Virus record (IMG/VR): IMGVR_UViG_3300027985_001318
Span: 159,651 to 223,650 of that record
Length of the DNA: 64,000 nucleotides
Direction: 5' to 3' (one strand)
In this document: one piece after another, positions 45,409 to 55,452 of the stretch
Layout of the letters: each line of letters begins with the position of its first letter
Position numbering within the stretch: the first letter of the stretch is position 1
The notes under the pieces: model-generated
Database searches by the model: none
What the model saw: the letters and a program-made list of their open reading frames with translations, nothing else
Told to the model about the DNA's origin: nothing
Program-made: the position numbers and the translations under genes

Positions 45409-48243
45409 ATGGCTGAGGATATTCAATACGTAGAAGAGGCTCCAGAGAGTCAGCCCTCGGTACGTGAGTCTGGCACCTGGGTACCTGGTATCCCCAGAGA
45501 CCGTCTAGACGAGTTTCTGGATGATATTCAGCTGTTGCTGAACCAATGCCGACTGCAGGCCGAACTGGCCGCCACTCGTGCCACTCAGGCCACTCTGGAA
45601 GCAACCAACGCAGCGGCTTCCAGACAGGCCGCTGAACTAGCCTCAGTGGAAGCAAGTGGACATCGTGTTGCAGCTGGAGCTTCGGCCACCTCAGCTTCTA
45701 GCTTCGCTGGTGACTCTGCTAATTCCGCCTTGGATTCCAGCGAAGAAGCCGATCGCGCTAAGGAGGAGGCAGATCGGTCGGTTATGGTGATGGAAGATCA
45801 CTTGAATGCCGAGGATCCACATCCGCAGTATATCAAGAAAGCTCTTCCTAGCGAAGCTACTGAAAGTGATCAGTTCGTTTTCACTCTGAATGGGCTGCAG
45901 CTATTATCCAGCGAAGGCTCCATCAAAATCACTACTTACACCGAAGCAGATCTCGACGGTGGTCTGGGCTGGAATGATCCAAAGCTGGCATTTACTGGCG
46001 ATTATATCTTGCAGGTAAATGGTATTGCAAATGGTCCGGAAGTCAGCTCTGGGATTGTCAAGGCCTCTACCAAGTGGTATCTCTCCGTTCGCGCTATGGG
46101 TAATGGAACTTACTTGCAGTTTGCTTACAGTGAGAAAGGTGACTTGGTTAGCCGATATATCGATACTGTTCAGGGAACCTATAGTCACTGGTTGGTGTTC
46201 GCCAACGGTTCCGCTTACAACAAAAGCAGACAAAAGAACATCACTGGACCAAGTGTTGGTTTCACTAGCACCTATCAGCTTTCCAGCATCGATATGGTTT
46301 ACAACCACTTGATCGTAAGTGCGGACATTGATGGCTTTACTGTACGGTTGCCGGTTTCAGTTGGTGGCGTTAATGAAATTGAGACTGCCAGTAAGTTCTT
46401 GGTCACTAACGATACCGCAAACCAGCTGCTGATTGAAACACCATCAGCTGACGTGAAACTGAACGGCGATAATGTGGCGGTTAGTATCCCCGCTTACAGC
46501 ACCGCTGTGTTGATCAACTATAACGACACCGTAACCTGGACTATCTTTGGTTTCGGTTTGGGTGGGATCAATAAAGCTCGTTTTCTCAATAACGTTGAAG
46601 TTGGTGTTCGTAACTACACCAAACACCGTATCATGCGCTCGAGTGCTGATGTGGAAGGTACATGGCACGTTTATGAACTGCCTGCCGATAGCGATGGTTG
46701 GATTGATTTCTCGGTAGATCACCTTTGGGAAACTGACGCCACCGGCAAATTGAATACTCCTTTGGTGCTGAAGGCACCGGGCGACGAGAAGATTTCTACC
46801 GGCGACGGTGAGTTCGAAGCCGTTAGAATCCTCTACCGTGTCGACTTCACTGCTTTCCGCTACCAAAGTCAGTGGCGCGTCAATGACTGCATTGAATTCT
46901 CCTTGGAAGAACCGGATAATACAGTCTATAACCTGTTAACCTTCGAAGCCCAAGAAGAAGTTTCAGCTACCAAAGCCAAAAATGTGGTACAAATTCCACA
47001 TCCTACCGGCATGTATACCGATGCTGTTGGGTTCATCTGGTGGAACGACACCACTTATTGCGTACATCGAATAGTTCCGCTAGATATCAATGTCGAGACC
47101 CATTCAGCACAAGGGCTCTACATAACGAGCTTAGGTCAGTACGCTGCAAAGATCCACTGCATCTCTGCTGGTTATAGTGGCGGCGTTATCAAGTATGCGG
47201 CTATCGTTACGACTACCAACGGTAAACACTATTTAGTAAAAGGTTACGACAATCCTAGCGGTTATTTTATTTGGATGCCTCTGGCTGAGCTTAGCTACCC
47301 ATACGGAATCATGGGGACTGATCGCAAATCTAACTTTGTAGCCCTTTATAGTGATGGCGGTGACCTCAAGACGGTTCGTTACCATATGGCCACCGAGGCT
47401 GTTACTGAGCAAACTTGGGCCGGTACCGCTTCAGCTAACTCCAACAATAAGTGGGAGCTCTATACTCCGCTTAGAGGCGTCTATGGCTCTAGTTCGATAA
47501 CCAGCCCACTTAGCGATGGTAGTACGGTTACTTGGGCAGTTGCTAGCACAGATAGCATGATTTTTGCCACCACTGACGGTATTGCGGTGATGATGTTATA
47601 TTTCAGTCACCTTGGTACCGACGATTTGTTTGGTTTGTTCAATGAACTTACCACCGAACAGATCTCTCAAGCTGAGAGTGAAGGATGGCTTGGTAACGGT
47701 ATTGAATTTAGCAGTATGATTTTCGATTACTACACCCCAGGTAAACTGCTACTTGGTCGCAATGACGATACCACTACCTTAGTGGCAAGAGCGCACAATA
47801 CCGAAGAGGCGTCCGTCGTGCCGTTCCCGGCCAGTCGAGGAAAGAAAGGTTTGAAGTTGGTGGATCTTTCTTACTGGTCTCCAATTACTACCGACGCGCC
47901 GCTCTATGCCGCAATGATCGGTAACGACATGGTGGTTGGTCTCAGCCCCCGAATGACTGAGCATTTCTGCTACAATCGTGGGCCTGCTGACTACTATTAC
48001 CGTAGTGTGGAAAATAAGTCCGAGACCAGAAACTTCCCGTTCTATCAAGCAGACGGTAGCCTCGAAGATACTCCGTTCTTTATTGTAGCGACGTACTATG
48101 GCCCGAACAGCACCGAAAGAATAGCCAATCCTCTGTTCTATATTGGCTTCCCTACCGACGCAGATCCGGTTAGTTATGCGTTTCGAATCGGGGCCGATGC
48201 TGTAGCTAATTCGGCATATACTCAAATTGGTCTTATCGTTTAA
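45409..48243 (+). CDS. Putative tail fibre protein
   Basis: Ala/Ser coiled coil, HLNAEDPHPQY motif, beta-rich C-terminus. Confidence 0.65.
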   Translation: MAEDIQYVEEAPESQPSVRESGTWVPGIPRDRLDEFLDDIQLLLNQCRLQAELAATRATQATLEATNAAASRQAAELASVEASGHRVAAGASATSASSFAGDSANSALDSSEEADRAKEEADRSVMVMEDHLNAEDPHPQYIKKALPSEATESDQFVFTLNGLQLLSSEGSIKITTYTEADLDGGLGWNDPKLAFTGDYILQVNGIANGPEVSSGIVKASTKWYLSVRAMGNGTYLQFAYSEKGDLVSRYIDTVQGTYSHWLVFANGSAYNKSRQKNITGPSVGFTSTYQLSSIDMVYNHLIVSADIDGFTVRLPVSVGGVNEIETASKFLVTNDTANQLLIETPSADVKLNGDNVAVSIPAYSTAVLINYNDTVTWTIFGFGLGGINKARFLNNVEVGVRNYTKHRIMRSSADVEGTWHVYELPADSDGWIDFSVDHLWETDATGKLNTPLVLKAPGDEKISTGDGEFEAVRILYRVDFTAFRYQSQWRVNDCIEFSLEEPDNTVYNLLTFEAQEEVSATKAKNVVQIPHPTGMYTDAVGFIWWNDTTYCVHRIVPLDINVETHSAQGLYITSLGQYAAKIHCISAGYSGGVIKYAAIVTTTNGKHYLVKGYDNPSGYFIWMPLAELSYPYGIMGTDRKSNFVALYSDGGDLKTVRYHMATEAVTEQTWAGTASANSNNKWELYTPLRGVYGSSSITSPLSDGSTVTWAVASTDSMIFATTDGIAVMMLYFSHLGTDDLFGLFNELTTEQISQAESEGWLGNGIEFSSMIFDYYTPGKLLLGRNDDTTTLVARAHNTEEASVVPFPASRGKKGLKLVDLSYWSPITTDAPLYAAMIGNDMVVGLSPRMTEHFCYNRGPADYYYRSVENKSETRNFPFYQADGSLEDTPFFIVATYYGPNSTERIANPLFYIGFPTDADPVSYAFRIGADAVANSAYTQIGLIV

Positions 48244-48279
48244 GAAGGAGGGCGAAAGCCCTCCTAGGAGTTTACTAAC

Positions 48280-48735
48280 ATGAGAGACGTAATTGAATTT
48301 TTACGAGAGGCTTTGGCTAGCAACCAAGTCAAACCAGCTGAGATAGCTGCTTTGGTGGTTGAGGTATTACCGAGAGCGATATCGTTTAATACTGTCAACG
48401 ATAACGGTTATGTGGCAGGTAATGTGGTGGGGTGGTGGATTCCTGAAACGGCAGTAGTACTGAAAGCTGATTTGCCGGGAGCAAAAGCTCTCTATAAGCT
48501 CGATGCGCTACATACAGTTTTGCCGACCACAGCACGGATCGGTATTCGTAAATACGACACGGCCGAGCTGTTGGGTTATTTGCGCTTCGATACAGATGGT
48601 AGTGCTATGGTCCCGGAGTTTACTAATGATGTGACACTCAGTGCTGGCGAATCTATCGAATTCTACGTGGAGTCTATGCCTGCAGTGGTGGCTATTAGTG
48701 TCACCATCCCGCATTTTATTCAGCTCTCTAACTAG
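48280..48735 (+). CDS. Putative tail-associated protein
   Basis: AGGAG RBS; lies in the fibre cluster. Confidence 0.6.
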   Translation: MRDVIEFLREALASNQVKPAEIAALVVEVLPRAISFNTVNDNGYVAGNVVGWWIPETAVVLKADLPGAKALYKLDALHTVLPTTARIGIRKYDTAELLGYLRFDTDGSAMVPEFTNDVTLSAGESIEFYVESMPAVVAISVTIPHFIQLSN

Positions 48736-48745
48736 GATAATTACC

Positions 48746-49861
48746 ATGGAAATTTTTGCTAACGCCTGCGAGCCGCATAGCTGGCTTAAATATATCTTAG
48801 ATGAAGGAACCGATTACGCAGTTTCTAATCTAGGATTTTTCGAGAGTGGTTTGATGAACCCGGGTCTCTTGAAACAGAAATTGCCGAGTAATCCTATCAC
48901 CGTTGACGTTACTGGACATTCTGTCTTTTCTAAACTCTTTATACAGTTCATACGGATGCATAGATCGTATTACCAGGATGGCGATTACAGGCAGTTCATT
49001 AAAATCTTAAATAGTTCAGGGGTTTTGTTGGTCAGTATTGGTTACAATGGTACAAGCAACACGACAGACGCTCAGCCGCTAGCGGTCTACAGTTATAATG
49101 CTGATGGTAGCCAGAAAACTAAGGTGGTAGAAACAGCTCTATATCGACCACTAGCCGTCGACTACGATTATGGATCAAAAAACCCAGATCGCGCTCTGTC
49201 TTTTCAATACACGAACGATCCAAACGATTCAACTTTGAGTAAGTTCGATGTTTATTACGGAACTGAGCTGATCGCCACGATGTCCGGCTCAGAACTAGGC
49301 GAACACGTAGATGCAGATCCTGCAAAAATTGTGTTTTTCTCAACAGTGGCTAATCTCAGCGGCGCCGAGACTTACAAACATCTTTTATCTTACATAATCG
49401 TTACTGACGAACTGGACTTTTCTCTAGAGCCAAGAATTCTACGACCAAGTTCGCTAATTACTACCGGAGAATTTACCGGCACTGTTTCAGCGCTGGCTGA
49501 AATTTTACAGGACGACGTTTACATGTCTTGTTCTGCGGAGAGCGATCAGTATATCGAATTTACTTTAGCAAGTAGCTCAATATACGGGACTAATTCTGCC
49601 AATAACAGCGTAGCTATAGAAAGTTCGTTCATTAGCTATTTCGGCAGATATTTGGAGATTGGTGCAGAATCAGCTACGTTCGAAATCACGCTTTATAACG
49701 GATCGGAGATTTTCTATTCCGAGGACGTAGTGGTAGCGGCCAACGAGGACTCTAGCTATTATAAGACAAAGGTTCTGGAATCAATTAATTCAGGTCTTCT
49801 CGGGACTGAGTTCTCTGTTTTAAAAACGTTTACTGTACGCATATCTTTAAAGGCGGTCTAA
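48746..49861 (+). CDS. Putative tail-associated protein
   Basis: AGGA RBS before ATG 48746; S/T/Y-rich beta composition. Confidence 0.6.
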   Translation: MEIFANACEPHSWLKYILDEGTDYAVSNLGFFESGLMNPGLLKQKLPSNPITVDVTGHSVFSKLFIQFIRMHRSYYQDGDYRQFIKILNSSGVLLVSIGYNGTSNTTDAQPLAVYSYNADGSQKTKVVETALYRPLAVDYDYGSKNPDRALSFQYTNDPNDSTLSKFDVYYGTELIATMSGSELGEHVDADPAKIVFFSTVANLSGAETYKHLLSYIIVTDELDFSLEPRILRPSSLITTGEFTGTVSALAEILQDDVYMSCSAESDQYIEFTLASSSIYGTNSANNSVAIESSFISYFGRYLEIGAESATFEITLYNGSEIFYSEDVVVAANEDSSYYKTKVLESINSGLLGTEFSVLKTFTVRISLKAV

Positions 49862-49862
49862 T

Positions 49863-51044
49863 ATGACTATTTTAGCTTATGTTTACCCAGCAGACATTGC
49901 TGGAACAGACAACCAGCTTGCACAAACCACCGAGCCTAAATTTACTAACGATCCGTATTCGACTCCATTGGCGTCGAATGTCGCCAACACTACTTATACC
50001 ACTAACTGGTATCGGCAAATAGCCTACGACCAGAACGATGCGAATGGTTTGGGTTTCTTTAACGAAAGTTCTAATGCTTACCCTATTGCGGTTGCCGAAA
50101 TACCGTCAGATAGTACGGAAATTTGGTTACGCTGCTTAGATTTTGGTGGGAGTACCTATAAAGCCTATTGGAGTGGGTCTGATAAAAATCTTCTTGCTTT
50201 TTATAACATCCAAGATGGCGTTAAGAGGTTGGTTAGTAAACTCTACTTCCCGTCTGGTTCTGGCACGTTAACGTTTGCAGTATATGACGATGCTGGGACC
50301 AGTATAGTTAAAAGCCATGCTGTTAGCGCAGCGGATAACTTTAGAGCCGATGCTACCAGTAAAGACTGTATAGCAGATTTTCGCTTTGTCTTTGATCAAG
50401 TGGCTGGTTTTATACAGCATTATGATTATAGCACAGAACTGAAATCCGAGGTATTAGGTAAAACCATAGGAAATTACCCAGTAACTCATGCGGTACTCTA
50501 CGACGCGTTCATAATACCGCAACAAGCTGTATATGGGCCGAAAGTAGTGTTTAGAATACTGGCCAATGAGCCAACTTTCGGCATGTACGTAATGCCCTTT
50601 TTAGCCAAGGGTGAAGGTAGTGATCAGGACCACAAATACGGCACTTACGCTAGATTTGCAAAGTGCCGTAAAAACTTTGCGCTCTCTTACGGGATCGCTT
50701 TAGAAAAAGCCGAGGAAGGGATCGATTATCGCTATAGCTATCTACCGAATAACCTGACCGAACAAGGCCTGCCGGAAAATCATACGGTGCTCTCTTTGTC
50801 TATTAGTTCGATCATTGCGACCACAGCACCAACGGCGGACTTATTATACCCAACTACCTACTTGAAGGACATAGCTACTGGCGAGTACTACGAGCAGACA
50901 ATGGTACCTACCAAAAATAACGTGGATTATGCGACAGGTAATAATCCGGCGGTTCGTAGGGAGCGTTGGGATAAGAACCCAGTTACTGGTCAGAACTGGG
51001 AACCTACAGACCTATCTAATTTCGAGATCGGTTTCAAGATCTAG
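49863..51044 (+). CDS. Putative tail-associated protein
   Basis: C-terminal NPVTGQNW..DLSNFEIG motif; context. Confidence 0.6.
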   Translation: MTILAYVYPADIAGTDNQLAQTTEPKFTNDPYSTPLASNVANTTYTTNWYRQIAYDQNDANGLGFFNESSNAYPIAVAEIPSDSTEIWLRCLDFGGSTYKAYWSGSDKNLLAFYNIQDGVKRLVSKLYFPSGSGTLTFAVYDDAGTSIVKSHAVSAADNFRADATSKDCIADFRFVFDQVAGFIQHYDYSTELKSEVLGKTIGNYPVTHAVLYDAFIIPQQAVYGPKVVFRILANEPTFGMYVMPFLAKGEGSDQDHKYGTYARFAKCRKNFALSYGIALEKAEEGIDYRYSYLPNNLTEQGLPENHTVLSLSISSIIATTAPTADLLYPTTYLKDIATGEYYEQTMVPTKNNVDYATGNNPAVRRERWDKNPVTGQNWEPTDLSNFEIGFKI

Positions 51045-51056
51045 GGAGTACAGGAC

Positions 51057-51536
51057 ATGGCCGTAGTCCCACCAGGAAATAAACAGATAGGGTCGTTTGG
51101 CCTGGTTAGTTTGACCTCAGCTAAAACGACCCTAGTGGTAGAGTCTCAGCTAGGTTTAGCGCTAGTTAAAGACCCCAACACCTACACGCCAAGAGAACCG
51201 TATAATGTTTCCATTGGTAGTTTCGGAATAGTGGGTCTTTCTAGTGCAAAGAAGACGGTAATCGTAGAATCGGTAATCGGGTTGGCAGTCGTTAAATACG
51301 TACCGCCAACCGTGCTCTTTGTGGAATCAGCTATTGGGTTGGCTGCTGTAAAGAACAACGACACCACCTACAGCCTAGCTCTACCACTCTCAGTAGGTAT
51401 TGGTTCTTTTGGGATCGTCTCTCTCACTAAAGCCAAACCCACTGTACTGTTCAACTCAGTTATTGGATTAGCAGTTGTACAGAACTTTGTACCTCGCAAC
51501 GAATCCGTAATTCATTCTCTCAACTACGGTCTTTAA
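51057..51536 (+). CDS. Repeat-containing putative virion protein
   Basis: Three IGSFGxVxLxxAK and four SxIGLAxV repeats. Confidence 0.6.
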   Translation: MAVVPPGNKQIGSFGLVSLTSAKTTLVVESQLGLALVKDPNTYTPREPYNVSIGSFGIVGLSSAKKTVIVESVIGLAVVKYVPPTVLFVESAIGLAAVKNNDTTYSLALPLSVGIGSFGIVSLTKAKPTVLFNSVIGLAVVQNFVPRNESVIHSLNYGL

Positions 51537-51545
51537 GGAGCCTGT

Positions 51546-53210
51546 ATGAAAGAGGTTTTTGATAGGTTGTGGGAGGCTATCAATAGCCTTCGCCCCATAA
51601 CCGTGCCAGCCAATGGCGATACTGTTAAGTATCGATCACTAAATCTTCTGCTTGACAACCAGGGAGAAGAGGAGCTCATTTTCTACCTCCCTCCCGTAGA
51701 GGGAGTTACAGAGCCATCTCTCTGCGAGTTCCAAGTAGACCATGAATTTTCAAGGCTCGAAAATAAGGATCTCGAGAAAAAGGTTTTTCTCGCCACCAAT
51801 GACGGAACCCAGATATCTTGCTGGAGCGGCTTAGGTAATAAAGTTCTCTTGCCTATGGTAAGTCACTACAATGCCTTTTATGTGCCAGGAGGTACCTGGC
51901 ATATCTCCGATGCCATATTAGATACGTTGGTACTTCAGGGTTATGCAATAACCTGGCTTGGTGGGGCTAGTCCAAACCAAAATCCTGGAATGCGCGACTA
52001 TATCGGCAATCCAGATCGCCTATGGTTGATGGATGCCTTAGTTCCATCCTATCATCCAGACGCCCATCGCTTCTTTATCAGTAGCGATGACGACGGATGG
52101 TACTCAACAGAAGACGAAGGTAATTCCACCGATCCGATACAGATCAAGTACTTCCAATACGACAGCAGTATATGTTCTATAGAACATATTTGGCCGCACT
52201 ATTCAGCTAATGCTGCACCTGAAGTACATGGTGCCGGTGTAAATGCAAGCAATCAGCGGTTTTTCTTTAGTTTTTACCCAACAAACACTGCTGCCTTCGT
52301 AGGCCCTACCGTAGACACTAGCGGAGAGACCCCCTACGTGTTCGCAGATGCCGTTAGTAGGTATTATTACTACAATGATGGCAGCAACGACTGCGCAGCT
52401 ATTCTGATGTTAAAGGATCAGAGTACCGATACTTTCTCTATACGCTATCGAGATGGGGATGTCGAAGGTACTGAGTTTGGTTCAATGCAGAGCTTTACGT
52501 TTACTGATGTCGCCACACAAGGCATTTGGGACGAGCTCGCACTGGATCGTAAGAAGAAAGGCGTCTTTGCGGCCATGAACTCGACTCGTAGTAAATTGGT
52601 CCTGGGGTTCACTAAAGATACAGTGGTGCGGCTCACTAGCGATACGTTTACGACAATGTTGGCCGGTAGTGCTTTCGAGATAGATATTTCTCTGAACATT
52701 GCCCCGGTTGGTTGGGAGTGGAAGATTGCAAGATACGACTCTTATGATGGCGTTGTTTGGTTTAGTCTTAAACGTGATGCATCGCAACACGATGTAGATG
52801 AAAGCGAAGTACCTCTCTCTCAATTGTTCGTTTATCAGCGGTTGAATGGCGGGGTGGTTAGCGAAGTACTCTATTGGGATGATACGGACTCTACGGTCTA
52901 TTTGGACTACGAGTACTATTACGACCCACATCTCGCCAGAGGTTTCTGGCTATCTAGAGCAATAGAACCAATCACCGGTAAGATGTCTATTTTTGTTCAG
53001 GAGGGGTTCGGTAACTTTGAATCCAATATCACTTACGATAAGCCGATTTTGGTTGCTGACCAAACCAATTACGACTTCGACGTTGCATGTTTTAAATTCA
53101 TGCCTAAGTTGGAAGTGAGTGGTGGATTTTTGGGTATGAAGTCAACGACTGGTCAATGGGCTGTGGCTGATTTCGATGTCAGCGTCTTGATGCCGATAGT
53201 GGAAGTATAA
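51546..53210 (+). CDS. Putative tail fibre/receptor-binding protein
   Basis: N-terminal LP..VDH..W module shared with other fibres; beta-rich body. Confidence 0.6.
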   Translation: MKEVFDRLWEAINSLRPITVPANGDTVKYRSLNLLLDNQGEEELIFYLPPVEGVTEPSLCEFQVDHEFSRLENKDLEKKVFLATNDGTQISCWSGLGNKVLLPMVSHYNAFYVPGGTWHISDAILDTLVLQGYAITWLGGASPNQNPGMRDYIGNPDRLWLMDALVPSYHPDAHRFFISSDDDGWYSTEDEGNSTDPIQIKYFQYDSSICSIEHIWPHYSANAAPEVHGAGVNASNQRFFFSFYPTNTAAFVGPTVDTSGETPYVFADAVSRYYYYNDGSNDCAAILMLKDQSTDTFSIRYRDGDVEGTEFGSMQSFTFTDVATQGIWDELALDRKKKGVFAAMNSTRSKLVLGFTKDTVVRLTSDTFTTMLAGSAFEIDISLNIAPVGWEWKIARYDSYDGVVWFSLKRDASQHDVDESEVPLSQLFVYQRLNGGVVSEVLYWDDTDSTVYLDYEYYYDPHLARGFWLSRAIEPITGKMSIFVQEGFGNFESNITYDKPILVADQTNYDFDVACFKFMPKLEVSGGFLGMKSTTGQWAVADFDVSVLMPIVEV

Positions 53211-53252
53211 ATGAAAAGAGGAGGGCTTTCGCCCTCCTCTTTTTTATGACAC

Positions 53253-53286
53253 AAAACTTTTACAAACATATATTACCGAGTTGATA
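53253..53286 (+). promoter_or_regulatory. Putative early phage promoter
   Basis: TTTTACAAACATATATTACCGAGTTGATA. Confidence 0.65.
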
Positions 53287-53305
53287 ACCTATCGAAGAGG
53301 GTTGT

Positions 53306-53788
53306 ATGAAAAGTTTTAAAGAGTTGATCGATCATCGTTTCTTGCCTGAGTTAGTCGAGTACGATCCCAACAAGCGCTTACATAAAGTCGCTTTACGAAA
53401 GCTGATCCTCGATTTTCTCGACATCGATAAAGACGATCAAGAGAGCAAGAAATACTCTTCTACTAAAACGGCTTACCTTTTGCAAAAGAAAGGCGAGTTT
53501 GTAGCTGCTCTCATTTACAGAGATCTTCCTGAAGACAGTACTGTGGCATACATCCGAGCACTTACGGTGCTAAGTACTGAACGACGCAAAGGCTATGGTT
53601 ATGCGTTGCTGTTAGGTTTCATTGGTAGTTGTCAGCGTAAGGGCACTTATCGCACCATTCAGTTAGCTGCCAATGCAGATAACTTCGCCGCCATCGCTCT
53701 TTACAAGCAACTCGGGTTTATTGTGGTGAAGGAAGGGGTAGATGAGGGGAGGAAGTTTCTTTGCATGGAACTAACCCTTACGAAATAG
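53306..53788 (+). CDS. GNAT-family acetyltransferase
   Basis: RRKGYG acetyl-CoA motif; NFAAIALYKQLGF. Confidence 0.88.
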   Translation: MKSFKELIDHRFLPELVEYDPNKRLHKVALRKLILDFLDIDKDDQESKKYSSTKTAYLLQKKGEFVAALIYRDLPEDSTVAYIRALTVLSTERRKGYGYALLLGFIGSCQRKGTYRTIQLAANADNFAAIALYKQLGFIVVKEGVDEGRKFLCMELTLTK

Positions 53789-53867
53789 AAAAAACATAAA
53801 AAAATACGAAACAGTTAGAACCTATGAAAAAACAACAATCTTTCTTAACTAAACAAGGATCTTTCAG

Positions 53868-54329
53868 ATGTCTCCTCTTTATGTACAAGTAAAAACTCTG
53901 GATAGCGAAGTGGCTAGATTCGGCCGTCTTTCCCAGGGCAGTCCTGACGCCGCCGGTTACGATCTGCGCGCAGCTATCAAAGAGCCGCTGGTTCTCCAAC
54001 CTGGTCAAGCCGAGCTGCTCTCTACTGGGCTCTCCGTATACATCAAGGACCCTGGCGTCTGTGCTACTATCCTGCCGCGTTCTGGTCTGGGTTCCAAGCA
54101 AGGGATTGTGATCGGTAACTTGGTGGGTCTGATCGATGCCGACTATCAGGGTCCGCTGAAGATGTGTATCTGGAATCGCTCCGACGTACCTTTTACTATC
54201 CAGCCGTACGATCGCTTGGCTCAACTGGTATTCCTGCCGGTTATCAAGCCGGTATTTGTTGACACCAGCGAATTCGACACCACCAGTCAACGCGGTGAGG
54301 GTGGTTTTGCCTCCAGCGGTATTCAGTAA
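53868..54329 (+). CDS. dut: Trimeric dUTPase
   Basis: AAGYDL, PRSGLG, GLIDADYQG, RLAQL, RGEGGFASSG. Confidence 0.96.
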   Translation: MSPLYVQVKTLDSEVARFGRLSQGSPDAAGYDLRAAIKEPLVLQPGQAELLSTGLSVYIKDPGVCATILPRSGLGSKQGIVIGNLVGLIDADYQGPLKMCIWNRSDVPFTIQPYDRLAQLVFLPVIKPVFVDTSEFDTTSQRGEGGFASSGIQ

Positions 54330-54340
54330 GGACCTGTAAG

Positions 54341-54883
54341 ATGTATAGTGAAAAGGATTTTTTCACAGTAAAAGCCAGAAAGTCTTCTCGTATCGAGCCG
54401 GGGACCGAAAAACTTTTGAACGATCTTTCTTCAGATCTGTCAACTGAAATGCTGGCCTTGACAGCCCTCGTTGCAGAAGCTTATAAGGAAGAGCGTGCTC
54501 CTGACGGTACTCCTCTCACCTGGCGGCTTTGTTCGGATCCAGTTAAGGCCGGTTGGATCACTCATGATAAAACCGAGGTTTTGTTGGAGTTGGTTGTTTA
54601 CGAGAAAGTTCCGTCTCCCAAGAACCAAACCAGCGCCGAAACTATGGTAGCTCTGTTATCCAAACCGATCGGGCAGTTGGTTGATCTCAATCAATTGCGA
54701 CACATCGATCATGTTTTCGGGAAGCCGGCAGTATGGTCTTCCTATAAACTGGTTTCCAGTAAGAAGGGTTCTGCTGAGGTAGAGTTCTTGGTTGATTTCC
54801 CAGCTATGAAGTTTGGTTTCAAAGTAACCATTCGTCAACTGCCACTGAAAGCCAAACTTCCGGCGATAGTTCTGGAGGAATAA
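54341..54883 (+). CDS. Hypothetical protein
   Basis: 180 aa, AAGGA RBS. Confidence 0.7.
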   Translation: MYSEKDFFTVKARKSSRIEPGTEKLLNDLSSDLSTEMLALTALVAEAYKEERAPDGTPLTWRLCSDPVKAGWITHDKTEVLLELVVYEKVPSPKNQTSAETMVALLSKPIGQLVDLNQLRHIDHVFGKPAVWSSYKLVSSKKGSAEVEFLVDFPAMKFGFKVTIRQLPLKAKLPAIVLEE

Positions 54884-54888
54884 GTAGG

Positions 54889-55443
54889 ATGGAATCTACT
54901 TTATCTATCGAGGATGGGGTAAAACCCATCCTTTCTTTCGAGCTTGTGGAAAGACTGAAGAAACGTCTATATCACGCTAGGAAGAAAGGCGAGATTGATC
55001 CTGAATGGCGCGATTCTTCTAAGTTCGTCGATTGGGCTGTTCGTCGTGGTTTTAAACACTACGACTGGCTAATACCTAACCTCTATTCTGTCGGTAATAA
55101 GCTATATGGTCCTGAGACAGCGGCTATAGTTCCTCCTGAGGTGGGTGAGTGGCTTAACCCACTAAAGAAGGAAGGTTTTTATCTCGGAGTTAGACTACGT
55201 AGACGCAATCCTAGCGGTTTTGATGTCTTTATGACCAGCTCTAGTCTATGTAGAGAGAGTATAGTAAAAGCTACGTTCTATACTCAGATAGAAGCCCATA
55301 TGAAGTTTTTGGAATTTCGTCTGGAAATTGGTTACGAGTTGGCTAAGAAAATTAGCAATTATAATGATCGAGTCGCGTTCTTAAAGCGAGTGGAACGCGT
55401 AGCTCAAGCCTTGCAAGACCGGAAGGTCTTAGTGGATCTCTGA
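54889..55443 (+). CDS. Degenerate HNH-like/AP2-like homing-endonuclease derivative
   Basis: EWRD..FVDW, GNKLYGPETAAIVP, YLGV..F.TQIEAH. Confidence 0.5.
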   Translation: MESTLSIEDGVKPILSFELVERLKKRLYHARKKGEIDPEWRDSSKFVDWAVRRGFKHYDWLIPNLYSVGNKLYGPETAAIVPPEVGEWLNPLKKEGFYLGVRLRRRNPSGFDVFMTSSSLCRESIVKATFYTQIEAHMKFLEFRLEIGYELAKKISNYNDRVAFLKRVERVAQALQDRKVLVDL

Positions 55444-55452
55444 GGGTTTGAA

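Noticed and set aside
1-54329. Hypermodified-base pathway from thyA/dcd/dut/folA
   Set aside because: The set fits ordinary dTTP supply; no glycosyltransferase, kinase or other modifying enzyme recognised
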